This document shows positions 53,771-63,584 of a stretch of DNA of 64,000 nucleotides, in pieces. Origin of the DNA: Patescibacteria group bacterium (GTDB lineage Bacteria > Patescibacteriota > Patescibacteriia > Patescibacteriales > UBA12075); contig JAHILH010000001.1 of assembly GCA_018897195.1 (NCBI GenBank), forward strand, positions 92,565 to 156,564, written 5' to 3'. Below the pieces are notes generated by a model. That model was not told where the DNA came from and searched no databases. It saw only the letters and a list, made by a program, of their open reading frames with translations. Each line of letters opens with the position of its first letter. Positions within the stretch are counted from its first letter, which is position 1. The position numbers were made by a program, and so were the translations under genes.

Positions 53771-53923
53771 TTATTTTTACGTATTAAGGAGTGTAGATTA
53801 TTTGTGATTGTCATGAATAAGTTATCCACAATAAAAACTTGTATATTTTTCGTAAATTATTATAATCAATATTAGTTATTGATAATTTATTATTTAATAA
53901 TTATTAAATAAATAAGTAAAACT

Positions 53924-54853
53924 ATGATCGAAATAAAGAACTTGTCAAAAAACTTTGGAAGCACAAAAGTCCTAGACGACATCAGCTTCTCAGTAAAAAA
54001 GGGGGAAATCCTAGGTTTTCTTGGTCCGAATGGAGCAGGAAAATCAACAACAATGAAAATCATCACTAGTTTTTGGTCACCGACCAAGGGCAGTGTGGAA
54101 ATTGACGGTGTGAAAACGGAAGATGATTCCATGTTAACACGGTCGAAAATTGGCTATTTGCCTGAAACAGTACCGTTGTATGACGACATGCGTGTTTTTG
54201 AGTATTTGAAATTTGTGGCTGAGGTGCGTGGTCTTGAAAAAGACAAAATTCAATCTCGAATTAAAGAGGTAATTGAGGCGTGTAATTTGCAAACAGTAAT
54301 TAGAAAACCGATCGAAGAATTATCAAAAGGTTTCCGCCAAAGAGTTGGTCTGGCGCAGGCAATTATGCATGAGCCTGATATTTTGATTTTGGATGAACCA
54401 ACAACTGGTCTTGACCCAAATCAGATTGTGGAAATACGCGAATTGATCAAAAAAATTGGTAAAGAAAAAACAGTTATTTTTTCAACCCATATTTTGAGCG
54501 AAGTTAGCGCAACTTGTGATCGGGCGATTATTATTAATAATGGTAAGATTATTGCTGAAGGCACACCGGCTGAATTGGTTCATAAGATGGGTGGTGCAGA
54601 AATTATCTATGTAAAAATTAAAGGCAAGAAAGAGGATGTGCTATACAAGTTAAAATCGATGGACAATGTAATAAAGGTAGAAGAGAAAGATAAGGAATCG
54701 GATGAAATTCATGGTTATGAATTGACTCCGGTTGAGGGCGTAGACTTACGTGAACAGCTTTCAATGTTGGTAATGAATGCCGGTTGGAGCATTTTGGAAT
54801 TTAATAAAAAGAGCATTTCATTGGAAGATGTGTTTATAAAATTAACAAAGTAA
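53924..54853 (+). CDS. ABC transporter ATP-binding protein (GldA/ABC-2 type)
   Basis: Walker A GPNGAGKST, signature LSKGFRQR, Walker B ILILDEP. Confidence 0.9.
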   Translation: MIEIKNLSKNFGSTKVLDDISFSVKKGEILGFLGPNGAGKSTTMKIITSFWSPTKGSVEIDGVKTEDDSMLTRSKIGYLPETVPLYDDMRVFEYLKFVAEVRGLEKDKIQSRIKEVIEACNLQTVIRKPIEELSKGFRQRVGLAQAIMHEPDILILDEPTTGLDPNQIVEIRELIKKIGKEKTVIFSTHILSEVSATCDRAIIINNGKIIAEGTPAELVHKMGGAEIIYVKIKGKKEDVLYKLKSMDNVIKVEEKDKESDEIHGYELTPVEGVDLREQLSMLVMNAGWSILEFNKKSISLEDVFIKLTK

Positions 54854-54860
54854 TAACGAT

Positions 54861-55592
54861 ATGAGTAAAAAATACATGAGAACAATTTGGACATTGTTTA
54901 AAAAGGAATTAATGTCCTACTTCAATTCGCCGATTGCTTATATTTTTATCGGTGTTTTCTTGGTGGTGGGTAATTGGCTTTTTTTCAAGAGCTTTTTTTT
55001 GATTCAAGAAGCTAGTATGCGCGGTTTTTTTGATTTATTGCCGTGGATGTTTTTGTTCCTCGCACCAGCACTAACAATGCGTTTGTGGGCGGAGGAAAAA
55101 AAGCAGGGTACGATTGAATTTTTATTGACTTTGCCGGTGACCGACTGGCAAGTGGTGTTGGCTAAATTTTTCGGCGCCTTGTCGTTTTTGTTGATAACCC
55201 TACTTTTAACTTTAACTTTGCCGATTACGATTGCATCTTTAGGTAATGTTGATTTCGGCCCGGTTATCGGTGGTTATATTGGGGCGATTTTCTTGGGAGG
55301 TGCTTATTTGGCATTGGGGTTATTTATATCTTCTTTAACCAAGAATCAGATCATTGCTTTTATTCTGGGTTTAGTGGCAAGCTTTGTCGCTTTTATGGTT
55401 GGAGCTGATTTTATCTTAATTGGTGCACCAAAATTTTTAGTGCCAGTGATGAGCTTTCTTGGACTAGGTAATCATTTTTACAATATTTCCAAGGGTGTAA
55501 TTGATTCCAAGGATATTATTTATTACGGTTCTTTTATTTTCTTCTTTCTTTGGATGAATACGAAAATAATCGAAGCGCGTGGTTGGAAATAA
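54861..55592 (+). CDS. ABC-2 type permease (GldF-like)
   Basis: 243 aa, 6 TM helices, follows the ATPase. Confidence 0.7.
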   Translation: MSKKYMRTIWTLFKKELMSYFNSPIAYIFIGVFLVVGNWLFFKSFFLIQEASMRGFFDLLPWMFLFLAPALTMRLWAEEKKQGTIEFLLTLPVTDWQVVLAKFFGALSFLLITLLLTLTLPITIASLGNVDFGPVIGGYIGAIFLGGAYLALGLFISSLTKNQIIAFILGLVASFVAFMVGADFILIGAPKFLVPVMSFLGLGNHFYNISKGVIDSKDIIYYGSFIFFFLWMNTKIIEARGWK

Positions 55593-55626
55593 TTTAACTA
55601 ATGATAATATAATTATTGATAAATAT

Positions 55627-57162
55627 ATGAATGAAAAAAATACTAAAAAAATAAAGAAGACCGATTTGTCCATTACAGTTTTGCTTGTTTTGGGAATTAT
55701 TTTGGTTGTTAATTTCTTTTCTTATCAACTTTTTACGAGATTTGATTTGACGCAGAATAAAAATTTTTCTATTTCTCCAGTTAGCAAAAAGACTGTTAAA
55801 GAGTTGGCTGACGTAGTGAATGTAAAAGTTTATTTTAGTGATAATTTACCAAGCCAAGTTTTGGGGTTGAAGCAAGAAGTTAAAGACATGCTTGGCGAGT
55901 ATGCGGCTTTTTCTAATGGCAAGATAAATGTAGAATATATTAATCCAGCGAGTGATGAAAAAACACAGCAGGAATTATACATGATCGGCATTCCACAGGT
56001 TACTTTTCAGGTATATGAAAAAGATAAGGCGCAGACCGTTAATGCTTATTTTGGTATTGCGATTAGTTATGGTGATAAGACTGAGGCCATTCCAACAATC
56101 CAAAAAGAAGCTTCCGGACTTGAGTATCAGTTAACTACGGCAATCAAAAAAGTAATTAGTGAGCGCATTGCGACTGTTGGTATTGTGACTAGTCATGAGA
56201 CAGTTGGCTTGGAAGATGCCATGAGCTCAGCTTATAAAGCTTTACAAGAGTTATATACAGTGCAAAAAGTTGAAGTGAAGGATGATGTTGATATTTCTAG
56301 TGATATCAATACCTTGGTTATTGTGGGCGCAAAAGATAAATTTACTGACAAGCAAATTGCGAAGATTGAAAAATTTGTTAATGCTGGCGGTTCACTTTTG
56401 GTGTTTCAGGATGGTGTGATGGTTGAGCAGGGTTTAAAAACAAACAAGTCTGATCTTAGCTTGAATAAATTATTTGCGAAATATGGCTTAAAGGTTAATC
56501 AAGACTTGGTGGCTGATAATCGTAGCGGCATGGCATCGTTTACACAAGGATTTTTGTCATTTTCTGTGCCGTATCCGTTCTGGCCAAAAATTACCAAAGA
56601 TGGCTTCAATCAAAATGAGACCGCGGTTAGTAGTTTAACCTCAGTTCTTTTGCCTTGGGTTAGCTCAGTTGAAGTGATCAAGGCGCAAGACAACAAGTCT
56701 TATTCCAAATTAGCCTATACTACGCCAAAGGCCTGGAATGTTACTGATAATTTTAACGTTACACCTAATAACTTGGCCGCACCGACAGCACAAAAAGAAT
56801 ATGCTATGGCGATGTCAGTGTCCGGTAAAGCTGATTTTGATAGCGAAAATCAGAAAGATCAGTTTTTGGGCAAATTAATTGTGGTGGGCGATAGTGATTT
56901 TGTTCAGGAGAATTTCCTTCGACAAAGTCCTGATAATTTAACATTCTTCCAAAATTTAGTTGATAGTGTTAGTTTGGACAACGCCTTGATTGAAATTCGC
57001 TCAAAGGTGGTTTCTTCTCGACCAATTAAAGAAGGTTTGACAGATTCGACCATTGCCATGATTCGATATTTTAATGTTTTTGGTGTGACGGTTATTGTAG
57101 TTGCCTTTGGCGTGATTCGTTATTTTTCGAGAAGAAAAAACAAATTTGTAGATGAGTTATAA
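55627..57162 (+). CDS. GldG-like ABC-system auxiliary protein
   Basis: Start moved to ATG 55627; N- and C-terminal TM anchors; FDLTQNKNFSISPVSKKTVKEL is typical of the GldG family. Confidence 0.72.
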   Translation: MNEKNTKKIKKTDLSITVLLVLGIILVVNFFSYQLFTRFDLTQNKNFSISPVSKKTVKELADVVNVKVYFSDNLPSQVLGLKQEVKDMLGEYAAFSNGKINVEYINPASDEKTQQELYMIGIPQVTFQVYEKDKAQTVNAYFGIAISYGDKTEAIPTIQKEASGLEYQLTTAIKKVISERIATVGIVTSHETVGLEDAMSSAYKALQELYTVQKVEVKDDVDISSDINTLVIVGAKDKFTDKQIAKIEKFVNAGGSLLVFQDGVMVEQGLKTNKSDLSLNKLFAKYGLKVNQDLVADNRSGMASFTQGFLSFSVPYPFWPKITKDGFNQNETAVSSLTSVLLPWVSSVEVIKAQDNKSYSKLAYTTPKAWNVTDNFNVTPNNLAAPTAQKEYAMAMSVSGKADFDSENQKDQFLGKLIVVGDSDFVQENFLRQSPDNLTFFQNLVDSVSLDNALIEIRSKVVSSRPIKEGLTDSTIAMIRYFNVFGVTVIVVAFGVIRYFSRRKNKFVDEL

Positions 57163-57178
57163 TTATTAATATATTTTC

Positions 57179-57445
57179 ATGAAAATTTTAAAGTTTGGCG
57201 CCATTTGGTGCTCGGAGTGTATTGTTATGAAATCAATCTGGGATGAGATTGAGGAAGAAATTTTTGATTTTGATACAGAATCTTTTGATGCCGACGAGCA
57301 TTATGATGATTTCAAAAAATATGATATCGAAAAAATTCCGGTATATATTTTTATGGATGACAACGGCAGTGAGGTGGCCAGACTCGAAGGTCCTCAAAAC
57401 AAAGAGGATATTATTGAATTATTAGATGAACATATTAACAAATAA
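57179..57445 (+). CDS. thioredoxin-fold protein
   Basis: 88 aa with the WCSEC CxxC motif. Confidence 0.6.
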   Translation: MKILKFGAIWCSECIVMKSIWDEIEEEIFDFDTESFDADEHYDDFKKYDIEKIPVYIFMDDNGSEVARLEGPQNKEDIIELLDEHINK

Positions 57446-57488
57446 ATACACCCACCGTTACTAAGACTGCGGCGCGGTAGTGAAAAAT

Positions 57489-58427
57489 ATGACAAAAAAG
57501 AATTTAATTTTAGGAGGCGTATTAGCTGTTTTGGTTTTGTCAGCGTATATTTTTAATGGTCCTTTTGCGGACTGGAAAAAAAATTTAAACCGACCGAAAA
57601 ATTTTGTGTCCGGATTTCAAGCGGGCGATATTGATAAGATTGATATTGAGAAAGATGGTAAAAAAATTAATATTGAAAAGGTTGATGTGGCCGTTGGAAG
57701 CTCTACTGAGCAAAAATGGAAAATTTCCGGCACTAAGGATTTTTATTTAACCAAGGATGCGGCTGATAAAATCACAACCTCAATTAGAGAGTTGTTGGCG
57801 GCAAAATTGGATTTGATCAGTGAAAATAAGGATAAGAAAAAGGATTTCGAGGTTGATGATAATGGCATAAAAGTGTCTTTGAAAAAAGGGGACAATGTGG
57901 TAACTGATTTTGTTATTGGTAAAATGACAAGTGATTATGCTGGCGTCTTTCTCTCAAAGAACGACCTTGATAGGATTTATTCTGTAAAAATTATGGCTTT
58001 AAATTTTGCTTTTTCCGAGGATAATATTTATGATAAGGCTATCTTTAAGATTGCGGCCGACAAGGTTAGTAAAATTAGGTTTCAATATCCAGGCCAAGAA
58101 TTTATTATTGAGAAGAAGAGTGACCAGTGGACTATCACTAAGCCAAAGCCATCCGCAATTAATAGAGCTAAGGTGGACAGTGTAGTTAATTTATTAGCTG
58201 ATTTAACAGCAGCTGAAATTCCAGCTCAAACTTTTGAAGGAACCGGATTGGAAAAACATGAAATCATTGTGCAAGTAACAGGTGATGGTATTGATGATAC
58301 GATTATCGTGGGTGGTAAAAATGATAAAGGTCTGTATTATGCCAAGACGGGTAATTCAGACAATATCTATTTAATTAGCAAGGAGAATAGGGATGCGTTA
58401 AATAAAAAAATGCAAGATTTAAAATAG
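57489..58427 (+). CDS. DUF4340-like protein (usual partner of GldG systems)
   Basis: N-terminal TM; position directly after the GldG module. Family call is from context and my recollection of the sequence style. Confidence 0.5.
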   Translation: MTKKNLILGGVLAVLVLSAYIFNGPFADWKKNLNRPKNFVSGFQAGDIDKIDIEKDGKKINIEKVDVAVGSSTEQKWKISGTKDFYLTKDAADKITTSIRELLAAKLDLISENKDKKKDFEVDDNGIKVSLKKGDNVVTDFVIGKMTSDYAGVFLSKNDLDRIYSVKIMALNFAFSEDNIYDKAIFKIAADKVSKIRFQYPGQEFIIEKKSDQWTITKPKPSAINRAKVDSVVNLLADLTAAEIPAQTFEGTGLEKHEIIVQVTGDGIDDTIIVGGKNDKGLYYAKTGNSDNIYLISKENRDALNKKMQDLK

Positions 58428-58441
58428 TTATGTTTTTTTAA

Positions 58442-58473
58442 AAAGACGCTCGCTGGAATGAGCGTCTTTTTTA
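58442..58473 (+). terminator. intrinsic terminator
   Basis: AAGACGCTC / GAGCGTCTT stem followed by T6. Confidence 0.85.
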
Positions 58474-58495
58474 ATTGTAGTGATAATTTATCAAT

Positions 58496-58525
58496 TTGAC
58501 TTACTGCTCCAATGTGTGCTAATAT
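58496..58525 (+). promoter_or_regulatory. glyQS promoter
   Basis: TTGACT (58496-501), 18 nt, extended -10 TGcTAATAT (58517-25). Confidence 0.6.
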
Positions 58526-58545
58526 ACTTATATATTGATAAAATA

Positions 58546-58699
58546 ACCAAAAGAGATCGGCACTTTTGGTAAAATTGAATAAAAAGGTGCTCCGACCTTA
58601 AGTTGGAGAAACTAGATGGAACCGCGGGGTTAATTAAATGCTTCGTTCTAGTATTCTGAGAATTTTTATGATTTTTGAATATTGGAACGAGGTTTTTTT
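58546..58699 (+). promoter_or_regulatory. glycine T-box riboswitch leader (compact form)
   Basis: Hairpin ACCAAAAG-AGATCGGCA-CTTTTGGT with GGC-A in the loop. Stem III CTCCGAC/GTTGGAG. T-box AACTAGA-TGGAACC-GCGGGG, with ACTAGA pairing to TCTAGT (58647-52). Competing terminator 58641-58692 plus T7. Confidence 0.78.
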
Positions 58700-58734
58700 G
58701 TATGAAAAAAATAATTATTTTAAATAAAAAAGAT

Positions 58735-60138
58735 ATGACAGAAAAAAAAGAAAATAGTATAGATAAAATTGTTTCACTGGCAAAACGGCGCGGTTTTGTG
58801 TTTCCGAGCTCGGAAATCTATGGTGGTTTTGCCGCGATTTATGACTATGGTCATTATGGTGCTTTGTTGAAAAACAATATTCGTGATGCGTGGTGGAAAG
58901 CAATGGTGCAGTATCGTGATGATGTGGTTGGATTGGATAGTGCTATTTTTATGCATCCGATGACCTGGAAAGCGTCGGGCCACGTTGATAGTTTTGATGA
59001 TCCTCAAGTTGATTGTCGCAAGTGCAAGAACCGAATGCGCGCTGATCATTTGTTGGAGGAATTTGGCATTAATGCAGATAAACAAACTTTAGATTTTTTA
59101 AACACAGAACTTGATAAATTACGTGCTGATAAAAAGTTGAAATGTGTTTCTTGTGGTTCAGTTGATCTAACCCCGGCAAAACAATTTTCTTTGATTGTAA
59201 AATCAAATCTTGGTTCACCTACGAATGAATTGTCGGAAGAGAATGTTGTTTATTTACGACCAGAAACTTGTGGTGGTATTTATTTGGAATATAAAAATAC
59301 GGTAGATTCAACACGTGTGAAATTACCATTTGGCATTGCGCAAGTCGGTAAAGCCTTTCGAAACGAAATCGTGGCGCGACAATTTATTTTTCGCACACGC
59401 GAATTTGAACAAATGGAAATGCAATACTTTTTACACCCCGATCAAATGGAGGAAAAATTTGAAATGTGGAAGCAGATTCGTTGGGATTGGTATATGGATT
59501 ACGGCATGGATATGGATGAAATTCGTTGGTATAAGCACGAAAAATTGGCGCACTACGCTTCGGATGCTTATGATGTTGAATATAATTTTAAATCATTGGG
59601 AGGATTTAAGGAAATTGAAGGTATTCATGCGCGTGGTAATTGGGATTTGTCACAACATAGTAAATTTTCCGGAGCTGATTTGTCTTATTTCGACGACAAG
59701 ACGAACGAACGATTTATTCCGCACATCATGGAAACATCAGTTGGTTTAAATCGTTTATTTTTGATGTTTTTGGACAAGGCATACACGGAAGAAAAAATTG
59801 GCGAAGATATTCGAACTGTATTAAAATTTGATTATCGATTAGCGCCTGTAAAAATTGCAATATTTCCTTTAATGAAAAATAAGCCAGACTTAGTGGCAAA
59901 GGCGAAAGAGGTTTATAGTCAATTAAAAATGAAGTGGCAATGCGAGTTTGACGATAATGGCAATGTAGGCAAACGCTATCGTCGTCAAGATGAAATAGGA
60001 ACGCCATTTTGCGTGACAATTGACTTCGACACGGTTGAAAAGGATAATACTGTAACAGTACGCGATCGTGACACGATGGTACAAGTGAGGGTTGCAGTGG
60101 ATGAATTGGTTAATTATTTTAATGCAAAATTCAATTAA
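58735..60138 (+). CDS. glyQS: glycyl-tRNA synthetase (alpha2 type GlyQS)
   Basis: Start moved to ATG 58735 (MTEKKENSIDKIVSLAKRRGFVFPSSEIYGG); class II motifs FRNEI..R..FIFRTREFEQME; C-terminal anticodon-binding domain. Confidence 0.92.
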   Translation: MTEKKENSIDKIVSLAKRRGFVFPSSEIYGGFAAIYDYGHYGALLKNNIRDAWWKAMVQYRDDVVGLDSAIFMHPMTWKASGHVDSFDDPQVDCRKCKNRMRADHLLEEFGINADKQTLDFLNTELDKLRADKKLKCVSCGSVDLTPAKQFSLIVKSNLGSPTNELSEENVVYLRPETCGGIYLEYKNTVDSTRVKLPFGIAQVGKAFRNEIVARQFIFRTREFEQMEMQYFLHPDQMEEKFEMWKQIRWDWYMDYGMDMDEIRWYKHEKLAHYASDAYDVEYNFKSLGGFKEIEGIHARGNWDLSQHSKFSGADLSYFDDKTNERFIPHIMETSVGLNRLFLMFLDKAYTEEKIGEDIRTVLKFDYRLAPVKIAIFPLMKNKPDLVAKAKEVYSQLKMKWQCEFDDNGNVGKRYRRQDEIGTPFCVTIDFDTVEKDNTVTVRDRDTMVQVRVAVDELVNYFNAKFN

Positions 60139-60200
60139 TTAATTATTCAAAATTGTTTAAAATTCGCACCGGGCGAAGAAAATTCGAAAATTAAAAAAAT

Positions 60201-61541
60201 ATGTATATAAATAATTATAAAGATTTAGCCACAAATGAATTGCGGGACACAGTTTTGGAGATGATTGAGGCCGGCTTGCGCAGAGTGGAGCCACATAATA
60301 TGATTCGCGATGCTGTTCAGTATAATGATGATTTTAACTCCGTCATAGTTCATCATAGTCCACATGATATGTTGAGAGGACGAATTTTTATTATCGGTGG
60401 TGGCAAGGCGGTTGGGAATATGGCTGAAGAGTTGGAAAAAATAATTGGTGTTGAGCATATAACCGCTGGCGTGGTTAATTGTAAAACTGGTGGCTATAAT
60501 TTAAAAAAAATAAAATTAAATGAAGCGGGACATCCTTTGCCCGATAAACGAGGCGTAAAAGGTGTTGAGGAAATATTAAAATTGAAAACTGATTACGAAA
60601 TTGGTGCGAAGGACTTGGTGATTAATTTATTATCGGGCGGCGGATCAGCTTTGTTGCCCGCCCCGGTTGATGGCGTTAGTCTAAATGATAAACAGAATAT
60701 CACAAGAGCCTTGCTTGATAGTGGTGCTGATATTCGCGATGTGAATATCGTGCGAAAGCACTTGTCAAAAGTGAAAGGTGGACAACTAGGCGCCTATTTT
60801 CATCCTGCCAAAGTTGTGACTTTGATAATCTCTGATGTGGCTAGAAATAATTTGGCTTCAGTGGCTTCTGGTCCGGCGATTCCAGATAATTCCACATTTG
60901 AACAGGCGCGCAATATATTGAAATATGGTCTTTGGGATACGGCACCAGCTGGCGTGCGAAATTATATTGACAGAGGAGTGGCTGGTCAGGAAAAAGAAAC
61001 GCCAAAAGTTTTGGAAAATTGTTTTAACTATTTAATTGGCTCAACAGCGGTTATTCTAGAGGCGATTGCGATTGCAGCTAGAGAGTTTGGTTATAATCCA
61101 ATAATTATTTCTGACGAGGTGTCTGGGAACTCGGTTGAGGTTGCCAAGGATATTGCGAAGACAATTGTTAGTGAGCAATATGCTGATTATAACGTTTTAC
61201 TCTTTGGAGGTGAGACAAGCTATCAATCCGTTGGTGATAAGTCAGTCGGTAGAAATCAACAATTTGTAGCACAGATGATTTTGGAATTAAAAAATGCACC
61301 AGGAGAGTGGGTAGTTGCTAGCTTTGACTCCGATGGTATTGATTATTTATCAAAAACAGCCGGAGCGATTGCTGATAATCAAACACTGGAAAGAATAAAT
61401 AAAACGGGAGTTAATATGATGGAAATAATTAGTAATAATGACACGGAAAAAGTTTTTGAAAAATTAAAAAATGTTTTGATACTTACAGGTGATACTAAGA
61501 CAAATGTAGGAGACGTAATGATTTTTTTGAGAAAGAAGTAA
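60201..61541 (+). CDS. glycerate 2-kinase / hydroxypyruvate reductase-like (DUF4147-MOFRL family)
   Basis: IIGGGKAVGNMA, LLSGGGSALL, RKHLSKVKGGQLG motifs as recalled for the MOFRL family. Confidence 0.72.
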   Translation: MYINNYKDLATNELRDTVLEMIEAGLRRVEPHNMIRDAVQYNDDFNSVIVHHSPHDMLRGRIFIIGGGKAVGNMAEELEKIIGVEHITAGVVNCKTGGYNLKKIKLNEAGHPLPDKRGVKGVEEILKLKTDYEIGAKDLVINLLSGGGSALLPAPVDGVSLNDKQNITRALLDSGADIRDVNIVRKHLSKVKGGQLGAYFHPAKVVTLIISDVARNNLASVASGPAIPDNSTFEQARNILKYGLWDTAPAGVRNYIDRGVAGQEKETPKVLENCFNYLIGSTAVILEAIAIAAREFGYNPIIISDEVSGNSVEVAKDIAKTIVSEQYADYNVLLFGGETSYQSVGDKSVGRNQQFVAQMILELKNAPGEWVVASFDSDGIDYLSKTAGAIADNQTLERINKTGVNMMEIISNNDTEKVFEKLKNVLILTGDTKTNVGDVMIFLRKK

Positions 61542-61632
61542 TATTATCGTGATACCTCTCCTGCGCTAAGGCTACGGCGTAGCGAAGCAAGATAAATGTC
61601 GGAGATGTGATGGTATTTTTGAGGAAGAAAAA

Positions 61633-62055
61633 TTAATACAAACCTGTCGCATTGGCGACAGTGCCTATAAAAAACTTGGCAATGCCAAAAGAGGCCATAA
61701 TTAAAAATGTGCCAACAATTGTGCCCCACATCATTTTTTTGGCCTGACTAATTGTGTCCTCATTGCCACTGGACAGTAATATTTTGAAGCCGGCTAACAT
61801 GAACATGACAACAGTTGTAATGCCAATAAAGCCCATGGCGATATTTATCATGTTGGTAACCACAGTGACAGGACTAAAATCTCCTAAGCCGGTACTGTTA
61901 GAAAATTCTTGTTGCTGCCCATTCCAAAATATTTCATTCAACTTAGGGCTTTCCCTCCATACATCTTGATCTATTTGAGCCTGAACGCTAATTCCGATTA
62001 GGAGAGAGAGCAATAGGCAAGTGGTGATTATTATTCCTTTTTTGCGTATATTCAT
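61633..62055 (-). CDS. secreted 2-TM protein, TrbC/VirB2 pilin-like
   Basis: Signal peptide then two helices separated by the SSGNEDTISQAKKMMWG loop; resembles VirB2-like small proteins common in CPR genomes (from memory). Confidence 0.4.
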   Translation of the reverse strand: MNIRKKGIIITTCLLLSLLIGISVQAQIDQDVWRESPKLNEIFWNGQQQEFSNSTGLGDFSPVTVVTNMINIAMGFIGITTVVMFMLAGFKILLSSGNEDTISQAKKMMWGTIVGTFLIMASFGIAKFFIGTVANATGLY

Positions 62056-62139
62056 GCTTTAATTTTATTATATATATAGCAGTTGTCAATGTGGACAAGT
62101 CTGATAAAAAGTGGCTAACTGTAGTGAATATAATCATCT

Positions 62140-62997
62140 ATGCCCGGTAAATTATATAAAATATTAATACCGCTCGGATTGATGACTATTGGCCTGTTTA
62201 TATCTTTATATTGGCTAAGTTCGCATGAAGCCAAACAGCTTAAAGTCTCTTTTTTAGACGTGGGGCAAGGGGATTCAGTGTTAATTCAAACGCCCTATGG
62301 GCAGAATATTTTAATCGATGGCGGACCAGATGACTCGGTGACCTATGGCTTGTCAAAAAATTTACCTTGGTGGGATCGCACGATAGACTTGATGATTTTG
62401 ACTCATCCTCATGACGACCATGTGAGTGGTTTGCTTGATGTTATTAAAAGATATAATGTCAAAAAAATTGCCTATACGGGTGTTGCGCATGGTTCACCAA
62501 ATTATCTCGCCTGGATAAAGCTGGTGCGGAACAAAAAGATTCCAATTGTTATTATTGACCAACCGCGTAAAATAGTCTTGGGTGATGAATGTTATTTGGA
62601 CGTGCTTTATCCGATGGATAGTTTGTTGAACAATGAAGTGGACAATATTAATAATAGCTCAATTGTTGCAAAATTAGTTTACAAAAATATTAAATTTTTA
62701 TTAACTGGTGATATTGAAAAAGCGGTAGAGGTAAAATTGCTAGCCAACAACACTGATATCTCTGCGCATATTTTAAAACTAGCCCATCATGGCTCAGACA
62801 CATCTAGTGCGGAAGATTTTTTAACAAAAGTAAATCCAGACATTGCCGTAATTTCAGTCGGCAAAAATAACACATTCGGCCATCCAGGCGGACGGATTAT
62901 TAATCGAATAGAGAGAATAGGGAAGAGAATTTTTCGGACGGACTTGGATGGGGAGGTGGATTTTGTGAGTGATGGGGTGAGAGTTTATAAGGAGTGA
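62140..62997 (+). CDS. ComEC/Rec2-related metallo-beta-lactamase domain protein (MBL domain only)
   Basis: N-terminal TM; VGQGDSVLI, HPHDDHVSGL, LAHHGS motifs. Confidence 0.8.
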   Translation: MPGKLYKILIPLGLMTIGLFISLYWLSSHEAKQLKVSFLDVGQGDSVLIQTPYGQNILIDGGPDDSVTYGLSKNLPWWDRTIDLMILTHPHDDHVSGLLDVIKRYNVKKIAYTGVAHGSPNYLAWIKLVRNKKIPIVIIDQPRKIVLGDECYLDVLYPMDSLLNNEVDNINNSSIVAKLVYKNIKFLLTGDIEKAVEVKLLANNTDISAHILKLAHHGSDTSSAEDFLTKVNPDIAVISVGKNNTFGHPGGRIINRIERIGKRIFRTDLDGEVDFVSDGVRVYKE

Positions 62998-63015
62998 AGA
63001 AAATAATCTGAAAAT

Positions 63016-63050
63016 GAAAAAGCCTCGATGCGTGACGCTCGAGGCTTTGT
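63016..63050. terminator. bidirectional terminator between convergent genes
   Basis: AGCCTCGA / TCGAGGCT stem flanked by an A-run and a T-rich run. Confidence 0.7.
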
Positions 63051-63061
63051 TTGATGATTTT

Positions 63062-63436
63062 TTAAATATCGGAGATCTCGAATAACTCTATTTCGAGAGG
63101 TACAGATTTTTTAAAACAAGTGAGAAATACTTCTTGATGTTTTTTGCGACTGCGGGCGGGGACAGAGATGGTTCCAATGGTATCATTCTGACTGAATTTC
63201 AGTTCAAATCCACCGTCGGAGTGTTGCAAGGTTTTAGTTTCGCACACTTGCAATTCTTTTTTTTCATTTCCCTTAAGGAGTAAGTATGTCCCGTTGTTGC
63301 CAAATAGAAAAAAGATTTCGTTGTCGTTGGGGTTTTTTGCTAAAAACTTGGGCAACAAATCAGTTTTTGGTTGCCCGGAAACAACGTAAATTCCTTTATC
63401 AATTTTTACTCCGTATTTTTTTCCATAATTTTTCAT
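63062..63436 (-). CDS. hypothetical protein (124 aa)
   Basis: SD AAGGAG 7 nt upstream of the ATG; no family recognised. Confidence 0.45.
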   Translation of the reverse strand: MKNYGKKYGVKIDKGIYVVSGQPKTDLLPKFLAKNPNDNEIFFLFGNNGTYLLLKGNEKKELQVCETKTLQHSDGGFELKFSQNDTIGTISVPARSRKKHQEVFLTCFKKSVPLEIELFEISDI

Positions 63437-63536
63437 CTTCTTCTCCTTTTATTGTTGGTTTGGCGCAATGTTTGTATATAAGAACAATATTGCATAATAG
63501 TATATAAAATTGTATTTGTCAAGTGTTGAATTTCTA

Positions 63537-63575
63537 TAAAAAAACACACCTCCGCTCTTTTTTGAGTGGAGGTGT
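63537..63575 (-). terminator. intrinsic terminator (minus strand)
   Basis: 12-bp stem ACACCTCCGCTC / GAGTGGAGGTGT, followed by a T-run on the minus strand. Confidence 0.75.
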
Positions 63576-63584
63576 TTCGTGTTA

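Noticed and set aside
61546-61600. Third GC-rich palindrome (CTCCTGCGCTAAGGCTACGGCGTAGCGAAGCAAG) between convergent genes
   Set aside because: There is a single copy in the window, so repeat status cannot be shown. It most simply acts as a convergent-gene terminator or stabiliser hairpin.
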